A stretch of 64,000 nt of DNA from an uncultured Chloroflexia bacterium. GTDB taxonomy: Bacteria > Chloroflexota > Limnocylindria > Limnocylindrales > CSP1-4. This document shows, piece by piece, positions 36,974 through 52,758 of the stretch. Position numbers and translations under genes: made by a program. The notes below the pieces were generated by a model, which was not told the DNA's origin, did no database searches, and worked only from the letters and a program-made list of their open reading frames with translations. The stretch lies in contig CAVOIR010000009.1 in the NCBI GenBank assembly GCA_963696045.1, forward strand, positions 15,427 through 79,426, read 5' to 3'. How positions within the stretch are numbered: position 1 is the stretch's first letter; each line of letters begins with the position of its first letter.

Positions 36974-37835
36974 ATGCAGTCGCGCCAAGGCCTGCTCCGG
37001 GACCCCGGTCGTCTCCTGGCCATGGCCATCCTCGTCGTCTGCGGGGCCGCCGTGGCCGTCTGGGTGCTGGCGCGTGGTGACCTCGTCGGGGCGGATGCCC
37101 GGGCCTACTGGGGCGGCGTCCGACTGTGGCTCGGCGGTGGCGACCCGCTCGACCCGCCTCCGCCGTACCTGCCGTACGTCTACTGGTCCTGGTCCCTGCC
37201 GCTCTTCGCGCCATGGGCGGCGCTGCCCTGGGAGACGGCCTGGTTCGTCTATCGGGCCTTCAACGTCATCCTGCTCGTCTGGAGCGTGGCCTGGGCCTAT
37301 CGCCAGCATCCGCTGGCCACGGCCCTCCTGTTCCTGCTCATCACGCCGGCGCTCGCCGCGACCCTCGACACCGGCAACGTCACGTTCCTCTGCGCCATGG
37401 GCATCTGGGCGACGCACTTCGTGGGGCCACGACTCGGCGGCTTCCTCTGGGCGCTCGCGGCGGCGCTCAAGTGGTTCCCGGCGCTCCTCTTCCTCATCCT
37501 GCCGGCACGAACCAGGCTCTGGGGCCTCGGCTGGGTCGCGCTCTTCGGCATCCTGACGCTCGCGACGTGGCCGCAGGCGGTGCGGCAGCTCGACCTCGTC
37601 ATCGGCTTCCCGCGGCCCTTGCGCATCGACTACCTGCTGCTCATCTGGGCCGCCGTCCCCTGGATCTGGGCGCACCCGTCCTGGTTCGAGTGGCGGACCT
37701 GGGACCGGCCAGCTCCGCGAGGCGCGGCGAATCATCGGCACGGCGCTTGTGGGCTGGTGGCGATCACCGCGACGGCTCGGCGCGGCGCGCGATGCGACCC
37801 TCCGGGAGGCTCGGACGTTCCTCGGCCTGGCCTGA
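36974..37835 (+). CDS. DUF2029/GT87-like integral membrane glycosyltransferase (3' end probably frame-shifted near 37700)
   Basis: ORF 36968..37942: MQSRQGLLRDPGRLLAMAILVVCGAAVAVWVLARGDLVGADARAYWGGVRLWLGGGDPLDPPPPYLPYVYWSWSLPLFAPWAALPWETAWFVYRAFNVILLVWSVAWAY...ALAAALKWFPALLFLILP... (multi-TM with a D-x-x-x-Y...GGDPL motif region). An alternative tail, ...REARTFLGLA*, ends at 37835 and abuts the nei stop. Confidence 0.5.
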
Positions 37836-38691
37836 TCAGCGCTGCTCGGGACTGGCCGCCATGCCGTCTGCCCCTTCCGTCTGGCATGCGGCACACCAGT
37901 AGAGCCGGCGAGGCGGTCGTCCCAGGGCCACCGACCGGATGAGCGTCCCGCAGCGCAGACAGGGCCTCCCGGCCCGCCGATAGACCCACAGGCGCTCACC
38001 TCTGCGGTCCGGCCGCGCGCCCGGGGAAGCGCCGTCAGGGTCGGGCCGTGTCGTCCGAGGCCCGCCAGCGAGGTTCGCGCGCAGGAGGCGTGCACCGGTC
38101 CGCGCGAGACGCTCCAGCGTTTCGGGCGAGAGGGAGCCGACAGGCGCGAAAGGGTCGACCCGCTCGACGAAGAGGATCTCGCTGCGGTAGACGTTGCCCG
38201 AGGCCCGCGACCGCCCGCTGGTCGAGGAGCGCCTCGGCGATCGTCTGGGAGCCTCGCGCCGGGAGCCTGCAGGCGAGCCACCGCGGCCTCGACGTCAGGC
38301 GGCTCGGCGAGGAGGTCCGGGCCGAGGGAGGCGAGGCTCGGATGGAGCGCCACGGCGCGGCTGTCGAGGAGCTCGACGACCGGCGCATCGAAGCAGACGG
38401 CCACGTTCGACCGGGTCTCGAGGACGGCGACCGCGGCGTCACGGCGTCGTCGCCACGGCTCCCCGGGTCGGTAGCGGTGCCAGGAGCCCTGCATCCCCAG
38501 GTGGGTGTGCAGCGTCAGCCCGCAGTCGAAATCGATGAGCAGGTGCTTGCCCTGGCTTCGCACCGCGCCGATCCGGCTGCCCACGACCCTCGCCAGCTGG
38601 GCTCCGCCCGGGCGCGCCGGAGGCAGCCACGACCTCGGCGCCGACCAGCGCTCGCTCCAGGACGTCCGCCGTCCGGCGGAGGGTGTCGCCC

Positions 38692-38699
<8 letters not shown>
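37836..38699 (-). CDS. nei: Endonuclease VIII (Nei/Fpg family DNA glycosylase; frame changes)
   Basis: GTG 38699 (ORF 38439..38699): MPEGDTLRRTADVLERALVGAEV. In ORF 36689..39394: GKHLLIDFDCGLTLHTHLGMQGSWHRYRPGEPW...AVCFDAPVVELLDSRAVALHPSLASLGPDLL. ORF 38035..38442: IAEALLDQRAVAGLG. Hand-read: NVYRSEILFVERVDPF and the zinc finger ...RAGRPCLRCGTLIRSVALGRPPRRLYWCAACQ. Confidence 0.8.
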
Positions 38700-43506
<4,807 letters not shown>

Positions 43507-43584
43507 GGGACCCGCATCCTACCATCGACGCCGCGATTCAGCACATGCGTTCTACATAATATGGCGTGCTGATACCATGATGAC

Positions 43585-43727
43585 ATGCATCGCACCACAC
43601 TCATACTGCCTGACGACCTGGCGGCCCGATCTGCGGACGGCTCGCCGCGGACCGAGGCGTGTCCATGACCACCATCATCCGAGAGGCGATCGGCCGATGG
43701 GCGATCCAGCTGCTCCCCAGGCGTTGA
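43585..43727 (+). pseudogene. Ribbon-helix-helix (CopG/VapB-like) antitoxin remnant in a low-GC spacer
   Basis: ATG 43585: MHRTTLILPDDLAAR, then a stop after 27 codons. The other two frames continue LRTARRGPR and GVSMTTIIREAIGRWAIQLLPRR* (TGA at 43725-43727). Together these resemble M-H-R-T-x-I-x-L-P-D-D-L...S-x-x-x-I-I-R-E-A-I of RHH antitoxins. Confidence 0.4.
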
Positions 43728-44030
43728 CACTCGACTCGCTCCGCCTCGCGATGGTATCGGGCGTCGCAGCCGGCGCTACTTCTGGCATTCATTCGCCCAC
43801 GGAATGCGACGCAGCGGGACACAGCCAGGAGCGAGGTCGATCCCAAGCGCCGGCGTCAGATCGAGGTCATCTTGAGCGTGGACACGCTCAGTCTCCTTGG
43901 CACAGACACCAGGGACGCCTTCCGGCCCGCTCGAAGCCTGCCTCCCATTGCGTCCTCGAATGAGCGGCAAGAACGCGAACGCCGTGAGACGTGCTTTCCG
44001 CCGAACGCGCACCAATTCACGGGCGTATGC

Positions 44031-44041
44031 TCGATAATCGA
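44031..44041. promoter_or_regulatory. Palindrome TCGATAATCGA, copy 1 (candidate operator upstream of the SDR-MBL unit)
   Basis: Perfect 5+1+5 palindrome. Context is gcGTATGCTCGATAATCGATgattg. A TATGCT -10-like hexamer ends at the first base of the palindrome. Lies about 80 nt upstream of ATG 44122. Confidence 0.55.
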
Positions 44042-44121
44042 TGATTGACTGAGCTGGTCGAACGTCCTGCATGCGCGGTGCCGTCGTCGTGCGGCGGACT
44101 CGCTCCGAAGGAGGTGACTCG

Positions 44122-44906
44122 ATGGGCCAGCTGGACAGGTTCAGGCTCGACGATCGCGTCGTCTTCATCGGCGGTGGCGGGGGCGCCATCGGGTCGGCCA
44201 TGGCCGTCGCCTTCGCCGAAGCGGGCGCCAGGGTCGCCGTCGTGGACGTCGCCCAGGAATCGGTCGATTCCACCGCGACGCGGGTGTCCGAGGCCGGCGG
44301 CGAGTGCCTGCCCATGGCGGGTGACATGACCGACCGGGCTGCAGCCGACGAGGTCGTGCGCCAGACCGTCGAGCGGTTCGGCCGGCTCGACATCGTCGTC
44401 AACGCCATCGGCGGGGGGCGGGCAAGGTCCTCTTCGACGCGCAGGAGTACCCCGACGACGCCTGGCAGTGGATCTACGACATCAATGTCCGCTGCACGCT
44501 CGTGCCCACGCAGGCGGCCGTCAAGGCGATGATCGCGGCCGGCACGCGGGGCAAGGTCCTGAACATCAGCTCGGTGCGCGCGGCACTCGGCATCCGGGCC
44601 GGCTACTCGGCCTACGTCGCGGCGAAGGGCGCCATCAGCTCGCTCACCCGTCAGTGGGCCACCGAATGGGCGCCCCACGGGATCAACGTGAACGCCATCT
44701 CGCCGACCTTCGTCGACACGCCGCAGGTGGCCATGCTCCTGGGCGACCCGGCATTCAAGAAGGCTCTCACCGACCGCATCCCGTTGGGGCGCGTGGGCGG
44801 CACCGATGACCTCGTGGGCGCGGCCATCTTCCTCTGTTCGGATGCGGCAGCCTTCATCACCGGCCAGATCCTGGGCATCGATGGCGGCCTGACCGCGACC
44901 CAGTAG
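44122..44906 (+). CDS. Short-chain dehydrogenase/reductase (SDR; one frame change near 44425)
   Basis: SD GAAGGAGGTG, ATG 44122 (in ORF 44071..44532): [42 protein letters not shown]...RLDIVVNAIGGG. ORF 44502..44906: GKVLNISSVRAALGIRAGYSAYVAAKGAISSLTRQWATEWAPHGINVNAISPTFVDTP (Y-x-x-x-K)...FITGQILGIDGGLTATQ*. Confidence 0.9.
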
Positions 44907-44944
44907 CCAGCACGACCGGGAGGGATTCGATCGTGGAACCGCCC

Positions 44945-45815
44945 ATGGAACAGGTCACCGCGAACGTCTATGCGAACACGCGCATCCGCGGCTGCAACCC
45001 GAGCTACGTCGTCACGAGCGACGGCGTCGTGGTCATCGACACGCCGCAGCTGCCGACCCGCGCCGTGGCCATGCGTGCCGAGGCCGAGGCGCACGGGCCG
45101 ATCCGATACCTCATCAACACCGAGCACCACGTCGACCACATCTTCGGGAACTACTGGTTCAAGGGCGCTGGCACGGTCGTCAACCACCAGGGGCTGTACG
45201 ACAACTTCATGGTCGTGGCGCCCATCCTCGACCCGTTCGCCTATGCGCGAGGAGGCCATCCCGACCGACGACCCCGATGGCGCTGCCCTCTTCCCCGACC
45301 GTGACGAGTACTACAGGGACCCCAACAAGGGCCGCATCGTCTTCACCGGCGACCTCGTGCTGCGGGTCGGCGAGACGACCTTCCGCTGCCTGCACACGCC
45401 GGGCCACACGCCGGGGCAGCTGGCCGTGCACGTGCCCGAGGAAGGCGTCGTGTTCACGGGCGACACGATCTTCAACCAGTGCCAGACCTGGCTGATGACC
45501 TCGGACATCGACGGTTGGCTGACGGCCCTCGAGCGCATCCGGACGCTCGACTTCGAGCACCTCGTTCCAGGGCATGGTCCGGTCACCGATCGCTCGGCTC
45601 TCGATGACCAGCGCGCCATCCTGCTCGAGTGGCGCGCCGGCGTCGCTGCCGCTGTGGCCGAGGGGCTGTCGCGCGAGGAGACGCAGGCCCGCGTCAACTT
45701 CAAGGACCGCTTCCCGGTCGACATCGGTCAGGAGTACATGATGGACTACATCATGTCCCACAACGCCGGCGCCCTCTGGGACAGGATGACCGCGCAGCCG
45801 CCCCGCGACGGCTGA
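44945..45815 (+). CDS. MBL-fold metallo-hydrolase (one frame change near 45245)
   Basis: ORF 44933..45304: MEQVTANVYANTRIRGCNPSYVVTSDGVVVIDTPQLPTRAVAMRAEAEAHGPIRYLINTEHHVDHIFGNYWF (HxHxDH). ORF 44970..45815: ...FRCLHTPGHTPGQLAVHVPEEGVVFTGDTIFNQCQTWLMTSDIDGWLTALERIRTLDFEHLVPGHGPV... Confidence 0.85.
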
Positions 45816-45823
45816 TCCGCGGG

Positions 45824-47960
45824 TCAGGCGCGGCCGGCGGCGACCTCGTCCTCGCGGGTCCGACCGGCCAGGCGGATGAGGTCCTCGTGGAGCTCGAACC
45901 AGACGCCGTGGTAGCTGTCGACGCGCGGTGAGGCGATGAAGCGTCCGTCACCGCTGGCGGCCGCCTCGGCCGCGGCCGACAGGCGCCGGGCGTAGCTCTG
46001 CAGGCGGGGCAGGCCCGCCACGAGCGGCGCGATCCAGGCATCGGCATCGGCGTGCAGGGCGGCGAGACGGGCCAGCACATCCGCGTCGTAGGCGGCGTCG
46101 GTGTGATCGTTCAGCACCTGCCGGCCGTCCATCTCTCGCATCTGCCAGGCGGTGACGATGACCTTCATGCGCCCGTCGAGCGCGATGAACCCGTCGAGCG
46201 CGGCATCGGCCGCGGCCGGCCCCATGGCCTGTCGGTCGGCCGCCAGCATCTCCGCGGCCAGAGACTGGCCCGTCGCGGTCAGGCTGAACATGCCGCCGCT
46301 GGCACTGGCGATGCCGGTCCGCCGCAAGCGCGTCGAGGAGCCGGGCAGCCTCCTCGGGCGCGACCCCGAGGGCCGGGGCCAGCAGGTCCGGGGTCACGTA
46401 GCCCTTGATGGTGAGCGCGCGGATGGCGTCGTCACGCGTGGCCTCGCCTGCCCCGGGCGCGGTCGGCTCGTCGACCATCGTGCGCACCTCCCCTCCCCCG
46501 ATGTCGATCCCCAGCTCGGCCGCCCAGGCGAGCAGCACGGCGGCCTCCGGCACGGTCGAGTGGGTCGCAGCGACGACGCCGGCGTAGACCTCGCCGCTGT
46601 GCCCATCGATGCTGAGCACGTCGCCCTCACGCCAGCTGCCCCCGCCGATCGATCACCCGTGCCGTCGGTCACCTGGACCTCAGAGGCTCCGACGACCGCC
46701 GGGATGTCCCAGCCCCGCGCCACGACCGCGGCATGGCAGGCGAGTCCGCCGGTCGACGTCAGGATGCCGACCGAGCGGGCCATCCCGTGGACGTCGTCGG
46801 GAGAGGTCTCCGTGCGCACGAGCAGCACCTCGGTCCCCGCATCGGCCATGCGCACGGCAGCCTCCGGCGTCGTGGCGATCGCCCCCGATACGAGGCCCGG
46901 TGACGCTCCCAGACCGCGGGCCACCACGGGGACGTCGATCCGCGCCTCACGCATGACTGAGGGCGGGTCGGCCAGGATGTCGCGCACGCGCTCGACGGCC
47001 TCGGCACGCGAAAGCGGGAAGTCGGGATCCTCCGCCATCTCGATGGCCATCCGCAGGGCGGACTGGGCGCCACGCTTGGCGATGCGGTTCTGGAGGAGCC
47101 ACAGCCGCCCCTCCTCGATGGTGAACTCGATGTCGCAGGCGTCGCGATGATGGCGCTCGAGCAGGCGCGCGACGCTCCGCAGCTCGGCCGCCACTCGCGG
47201 CAGCCGGTCATCGAGGACGGCGATCGGCTCTGTCACGTGGGTGCCCGCCACGACGTCCTCGCCCTGGGCGCCGAACAGGACGTCGCCGTAGAGGACGTCC
47301 TCCCCGGTCGCCGGGTCGCGCGTGAAGAGCACGCCCGTGGCCGAGTCCGGTCCGCGGTTGCCGAAGACCATGGCCTGCACGACGACGGCCGTCCCGAGGT
47401 CCGCGGAGATGCCTTCTCGCTCCCGGTAGGCCTTCGCCCGATCGCTGTCCCAGCTCCGGAAGACGGCCTCGATCGCGTGGCGAAGCTGAAGCCATGGGTC
47501 CTCCGGCACGTACGTGTCACCGACGACGTCGCGGAACATCGTCACGAGGCGGGCGCGGCAGGCCGTGGCGAAGGCAGCATCCCCGGCGGCGCGCGCGAGC
47601 CCCGGCGTCGCCGCGTCGGTCAGCCCGAGGTTGAGGATCGTGTCGAGCATCCCGGGCATGGACACGGGCGCCCCGGAGCGCACGCTCACGAGCAAGGGGT
47701 CAGCGGGCGCACCGAATCGACGGCCCGTCCGGCCTCGACCTCGGCCATCCGCTCGCGCAGCTCCTCGTCCATTCCGGCCGGCCAACCCAGTACTCGCGTA
47801 GGCACGACACGCTTCGGTGGTGATGACGAATCCCGGGGGGCACGGGCAGCCCGAGGTCGCGGGCCATGACCACGAGGTTGGCGCCCTTGCCACCGAGCAG
47901 CGCCGTCAGGGCCTCCGGGTCGAGCGGGGGCGGCGCGTCGAACGGGTAGGTCCAGGGCAT
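45824..47960 (-). CDS. Truncated pyruvate-phosphate-dikinase-like protein: ATP-grasp plus phospho-His swivel domain plus a novel ~230-aa C-terminal region, with no PEP/pyruvate TIM barrel (frame changes)
   Basis: ORF 47700..47960: MPWTYPFDAPPPLDPEALTALLGGKGANLVVMARDLGLPVPPG. ORF 46394..47893: FVITTEACRAY...PLLVSVRSGAPVSMPGMLDTILNLGL...VVVQAMVFGN...GVLFTRDPATGE...GAQGEDVVAG...DIEFTIEEGRLWLLQNR...VLLVRTETSPDDVHGMARSVGILTSTGGLACHAAVVARGWDIPAVVG. ORFs 45948..46619 and 45824..46327 give the C-terminal extension, ending ...SYHGVWFELHEDLIRLAGRTREDEVAAGRA*. Confidence 0.8.
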
Positions 47961-47975
47961 GCGGTCCAGCGGCCC

Positions 47976-49035
47976 TCAGGGCTTCACGATGATCTTGATG
48001 GCGCCACTTTCGGGGTCGCGGAACGTGGCCAGCGCCGTCGCGAAGTCCTCGAGCGGGAACTCGTGCGTCATCACCTCGCGGAGCCGCATCCGCCCGTCGG
48101 CCACGAGGGGCAGGACGCGGCGCATCTCGCCGGCCGACGCGCGCGAGCCGGCCAGCTCGAGCTCGTAGAGCACGAGGTCACGGACGTCGATCTCGACGCC
48201 CTCCGTGGGGATGCCCACCGCGGCGACGCGTCCGCCCTTGCGAAGCGCGGCGAGCGCCCATCGCAGGGCAGCGGGCACGCCGGCCGCCTCGATGACGCGA
48301 TCCACCCCGAGGCCGCCCGTCATCTCGCGAAGGGTGGCCGCCGCGTCGCCGACGGTCGCATCGATCGTCTCGTAGCCCATCTCCCGGGCCTTCTGGCGAC
48401 GGGAGGCGCGACGCTCGACGACGATGACCCGGCCAGCGCCTCGGATCCGCGCGGCCTCCGCGCTGAGCAGGCCGATGGCCCCGCCGCCCATGATGGCGAC
48501 CGTGTCGCCGGGCTGGATCCGGGCACGGTTCGCGACGTGGAGAGCGATCGACGCTGGGTCGACGACCGCGCCGACCTCGAAGCTCAACGCCTCGGGCAGC
48601 CGGGAAGACGGACTTCACGCCGTGGACGACGTACTCGGCGTCGGCACCCTGGTAGTTGTGGCCGTACTGGCGGTGCAGCGCCATGACGCCGTAGTTCTCG
48701 CAGAGGTTGTAGCGGCCCTCGACGCATGGCTGGCAGATGCCGCAGGCGTCGTGGCTGGTGCCCGCCACCCGGTCGCCGACCTGCCAGCCGGCCTTCTCGG
48801 CGCCAGGGCCAAGGCGCACGATCTCGCCCGCCCACTCATGTCCGGGGATGATCGGGAAGGCCGGCGGCCAGAAGCCCGGGTAGTCGCCGGCGATGAGGTG
48901 CGAGTCCGTGCCGCAGATCGACACCGCGCGGACCCGGCAGAGGACCTCCATGGGCCCGGGCTCGGGGACGGGCACCGTCTGGACCTCGAATCGCTCCGGC
49001 TCGAGGACCACGAGGGCCCGCATCGTCTCGGTCAC
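47976..49035 (-). CDS. Zinc-dependent medium-chain alcohol/polyol dehydrogenase (one frame change near 48590)
   Basis: ORF 48178..49035: MTETMRALVVLEPERFEVQTVPVPEPGPMEVLCRVRAVSICGTDSHLIAGDYP...PIIPGHEWAGEIV...DACGICQPCVEGRYNLC (structural Zn). ORF 47976..48587: ...VAIMGGGAIGLLSAEAARIRGAGRVIVVE (Rossmann)...IKIIVKP*. Confidence 0.9.
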
Positions 49036-49074
49036 GTCGTCGGCTCCTTGCTCTCTCGCGGCGGTGTCGATCGT

Positions 49075-49965
49075 CTAGATGGCGGCCACGGGATCGACCA
49101 TCGACGCGGTCGCGCCCCGGATCTTGAGGGGCAGGGCGATGAAGGCGAACTCGTAGACCTTCTCACGGGCGAGCTCCTCGAGGTCGAGGCTCTCCATGAG
49201 GTAGATGCCGTGGTCGATGAGGAGGTGCTTGTGCACCGGCTGCGGGTTGCCCTCGGGACCCGGGTCGGGCGCCGGCTGGACCTCGTATGTCTCGGTGTCG
49301 GTGCCCGGTGGCGACGACGCCTCGGCGCAGGAGCCAATCCGCCGCAGAGAGGTCGGGCCCAGCCGTCTTGTTGGCCGCCATCCGCTCGGCGTCGGGCCAC
49401 AGGCTCATGTACCCGGTCCGGATGAGGACGACGTCCCACGGCCGACCTCGACGCCCTGGCTCCGCGCGATGTCCTCGAGCTCGGCGGCGCCCACGGCCTC
49501 GCCACGCCCGAGATGGGGAACGCCGCGGTGGCCGGGCACGTCGAGGAGCACACCGCGCGTGAACATCGGGGGCATGTGGGAGGCGTCGCCGAAGACCGGT
49601 CCGTGGTCGGTGAGGTGCTCGTCCGCGCGGCCGCCGCCGTACCAGTGCATGTCCTCCCCCACCGTCATGTGCGCGAGGGCGTCGATGTGGGCCCCCGAGT
49701 GCGAGGTGCACATGAGGTACTCGGCCATGTAGCCCAGGCCGATGTCGTTGATGGGTCCCCAGGGCTGCCGCTTGCCGGCGCGGATGCCGCGCGGGCTCAC
49801 GGCGTTGAGCACCTGGAAGGGCGGATGTCCGGGGAAGAGCGGCATGCCCGTGAATCGGGCCGCGGCGAGCGAGATGAGGCGGCCCTGCCGGATCATCGCG
49901 GCCGCCTTGACGACCTGCTCGGCGGGCATCGCTCCGATGGGGCCGACCTCCGGGTGTGCGCTCAC
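49075..49965 (-). CDS. Cyclase-family protein (PF04199-type; kynurenine formamidase / isatin hydrolase-like; two frame changes)
   Basis: ORF 49405..49965: MSAHPEVGPIGAMPAEQVVKAAAMIRQGRLISLAAARFTGMPLFPGHPPF...YLMCTSHSGAHIDALAHMTVGEDMHWYGG (H-x-G-x-H-x-D-x-x-x-H). ORF 49163..50041: WDVVLIRTGYMSLWP... Hand-read tail: ...VHKHLLIDHGIYLMESLDLEELAREKVYEFAFIALPLKIRGATASMVDPVAAI* (TAG at 49075). Confidence 0.75.
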
Positions 49966-52267
49966 GTTCGGACCTCCTCTGTCGCGTGGGCCTCATCGGC
50001 CTTCCGGTCCCTGGCGGCTCCCGGGCCGCCGCGGGCCTCACGCAGCGCGCGCCAGACCCGCTCGGGCGTCAGGGGCAGGTCCCGGATGACGACCCCGGTG
50101 GCCTCGGTCACGGCGGCACCGACGGCGGCCGCGACGCACAGGAGCGCGCCCTCGCTCATGCCCTTCGCGCCGTAAGGCCCAGGACCGTCGCCGTTCTCGA
50201 CGATCTCGCTGACCATCTCACCGGGCAGGTCCATGCTCGTGGGGATGCGGTAATCGATGGCGCCCAGGTTGCGGATGCGACCCTGGTCATCGAAGTGGTA
50301 CTGCTCCATGAGCGTGTGCCCCAGGCCCTGGATGGCGGCGCCCTCGTCCTGCATCCGCACCTGCAGCGGGTTGAGGGCCTTGCCCACGTCGGAAACCATG
50401 ACGTGGCGCACGACCGTGACGTCGCCTGTCTCCTCGTCGACCTCGGCCTCGATCGCCGTGCAGTCGAACTCGAAGAAGGCCGGCGCTCCGCCGAGCGGAT
50501 GGTCTGGCTCGGCGTCCTTGCGCGCCTCGCCCAGGCCGACCAGCTCACCCCCCAGACGGCCGAGCCCATCCGCGAGCACCTCGCGGATGGGGACCACGCG
50601 GTCGGCTACGCGCACGACGCCCTCGCTCACGACGACGTCGGTCTCCGGGACGCCGAAGGACTGCGCAGGCCATGGTCCGGAGGCGGTCCTGGATCTGGCG
50701 GCAGGCGGCCAGCACCGCGTTGCCCATCAGCACGGTCGAGCGGCTCGCCGAGGTCTGCTGGTCGTAGGGCACGATGGCCGTGTCGCCCATGACGACGGTG
50801 ACCCAGTCGAGCGACGCACCGAGCTCCTGGCCTGCGATCTGGGCCAGGACCGTGCGCGCGCCCTGGCCCATGTCCGAGGTTCCCGCGTAGACGACGACGC
50901 TGCCGTCCGCGAGGAGCCGGACCGTGGAGTACGAGAGCCCCGTCGTGGGACCCGACTTCAGGCCTACGGCGATGCCCCGGCCGCGCCCGGCGGCAGGGGC
51001 GTGTCCCAGCCGATGAGCTCGGCGGCCCGTCGCACGCTCTGCTCCCAGTCCCCGTCGGCCGGGGTGTCCCAGGGGATGAAGGCCTCACCCTTGCGAGCGA
51101 GGTTGCGCAGGCGGATCTCGAGCCGGTCGATGCCGAGGCGCCGGGCGCCCTCGTCGAGGTTCGACTCCACGGCCCAGTTCACCTGCGGGTTGCCGAAGCC
51201 GCGGAAGGCTGTCGAGGGCACGGTATGGGAGAGCACGCCACGGGCCACGATCCGCGCAGCCGGCATGCGATACGGTCCAGCGCCGACATAGCTGCCCTTG
51301 CTGACCACGCGGTCAGCGATGTCGACATAGGCCCCGATGAGGTAGTCGGCCGCGATGTCCTGGAACGCGATGGAGCCGTCGCCCAGGAGCCCCGTGCGCA
51401 CGCGCACCTCGGCCGCCGCCCGTCGCACGGCCTGGAACGACTCCTCGAGGGACAGGACGAGGCGGACGGGGCGCTGCGCCCGCAGGGCGAGGAACGCGAC
51501 CAGCGGCTCGTACTTGGCATGCTGCTTCCCGCCGAATGCGCCGCCCGGGTCGGGCGCCAGGACGCGGACCTTCGAGAGCGGCAGACCGAGCACCCGCGAG
51601 AGGATGCGCTGCAGCCAGTAGGGGTGCTGGATGGCGCTCCAGACGGCGATGCCGTCGCCTTCCGGTGTGGCCATGAAGGCGTGCGGCTCGATGGCGAAGT
51701 GGGTCACCATCGGGAACGTCCAGGTCCCCTCCACCACGACATCGGCCGGGGTCGTCTCGACGTCGCCCCAGCCCACGCGATGCTCGCGCAGGACGTTCGT
51801 GGCCGCCAGCGGGTCCCCCGGTCGAAGCGCCGGGTCCTGGACGAGCGGTGCGTCTGGCGCGAGGGCCGCCGCGAGGGTCACCACGGCGGGAAGCTCCTCG
51901 TAGCGCACGTCCACGAGCGCCGCCGCCGCCGCCGCGGCATCCTCCGTTTCGGCCGCTACCACCGCCACGGGCTCGCCGTGGTAGTGGGTCTCCCCGACGG
52001 CGAGGACGGGGCGATCGTCGAACTGTGGTCCGAAGCGGGGCACCGGCTGGGGCAGGTCTGCGGCCGCATCACGACCCGGACGCCCGGCACGGCCAGGGCG
52101 GCCGCCGTGTCGATGGAGACGATGCGGGCGCGGGCCACGGGCAGGGTCACGAGTCGCGCGTGCAGCTCGTCCGGCAGGTGGATGTCCGCGACGTAGCGCT
52201 GTCGCCCGGTGACGCGGGCGTCGCCGCCGACGCGGACGAGCGGATCCCCGACCCGCGCGCCGCTCAC
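49962..52267 (-). CDS. Molybdopterin-binding large subunit of a xanthine-dehydrogenase-family hydroxylase (frame changes)
   Basis: ORF 51956..52267: MSGARVGDPLVRVGGDARVTGRQRYVADIHLPDELHARLV. ORF 50964..52466: ...HYHGEPVAVVAAETEDAA...TFPMVTHFAIEPHAFMATPEGDGIAVWSAIQHP...VLAPDPGGAFGGKQ...TAFRGFGNPQVNWAVESNLD. ORF 50545..50871: MGQGARTVLAQIAGQELG. ORF 49962..50630: ...VSDVGKALNPLQVRMQDEGAAIQGLGHTLME...GPGPYGAKGMSEGAL. 4-nt overlaps with both neighbouring genes. Confidence 0.85.
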
Positions 52268-52758
52268 AGCTCGCCGCCCGGTCGCGCCGGCGCCTGGACC
52301 GCTGCCGACTGCACCGCGGCGATGATCTGCTCGTAACAGCCGCAGCGGCAGAGGTTGCCGGCCAGGCCGTCCTCGATCTCGGCCACCGTCGGCTGCGCCA
52401 CCCGACGCAGCAGGTCATCGGCGGCCATGAGCTGTCCCGGGATGCAGAAGCCGCACTGGACGGCACCCTCGTCGAGGAAGGCCTGCTGCAGCGGGACGAG
52501 GACGCCCTCGGGCGCGAGCCCCTCGACGGTCGTCACCTCTGAGCCATCCGCCTCGACCGCGAGGACGAGGCACGAATTGACGATCCGTCCGTCGAGACGC
52601 ACCGTGCAGGCGCCGCACTCGCCCACGAGGCAGCACTCCTTGGTCCCGGTCAGCTCGAGGTCGTCGCGCAGGACGTCGAGGAGGGTGTGATGTGCCGCCA
52701 CCTCGAGCCTGCGGACCCGACCGTTCACGGTCATCTCGATGGTAACGCGCTCGCTCAT
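52264..52758 (-). CDS. (2Fe-2S)-binding small subunit of the Mo-hydroxylase (uninterrupted)
   Basis: ORF 52264..52758: MSERVTIEMTVNGRVRRLEVAAHHTLLDVLRDDLELTGTKECCLVGECGACTVRLDGRIVNSC...VQCGFCIPGQLMAA...GNLCRCGCYEQI. Both [2Fe-2S] cysteine motifs are present. Confidence 0.95.
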   Translation of the reverse strand: MSERVTIEMTVNGRVRRLEVAAHHTLLDVLRDDLELTGTKECCLVGECGACTVRLDGRIVNSCLVLAVEADGSEVTTVEGLAPEGVLVPLQQAFLDEGAVQCGFCIPGQLMAADDLLRRVAQPTVAEIEDGLAGNLCRCGCYEQIIAAVQSAAVQAPARPGGEL

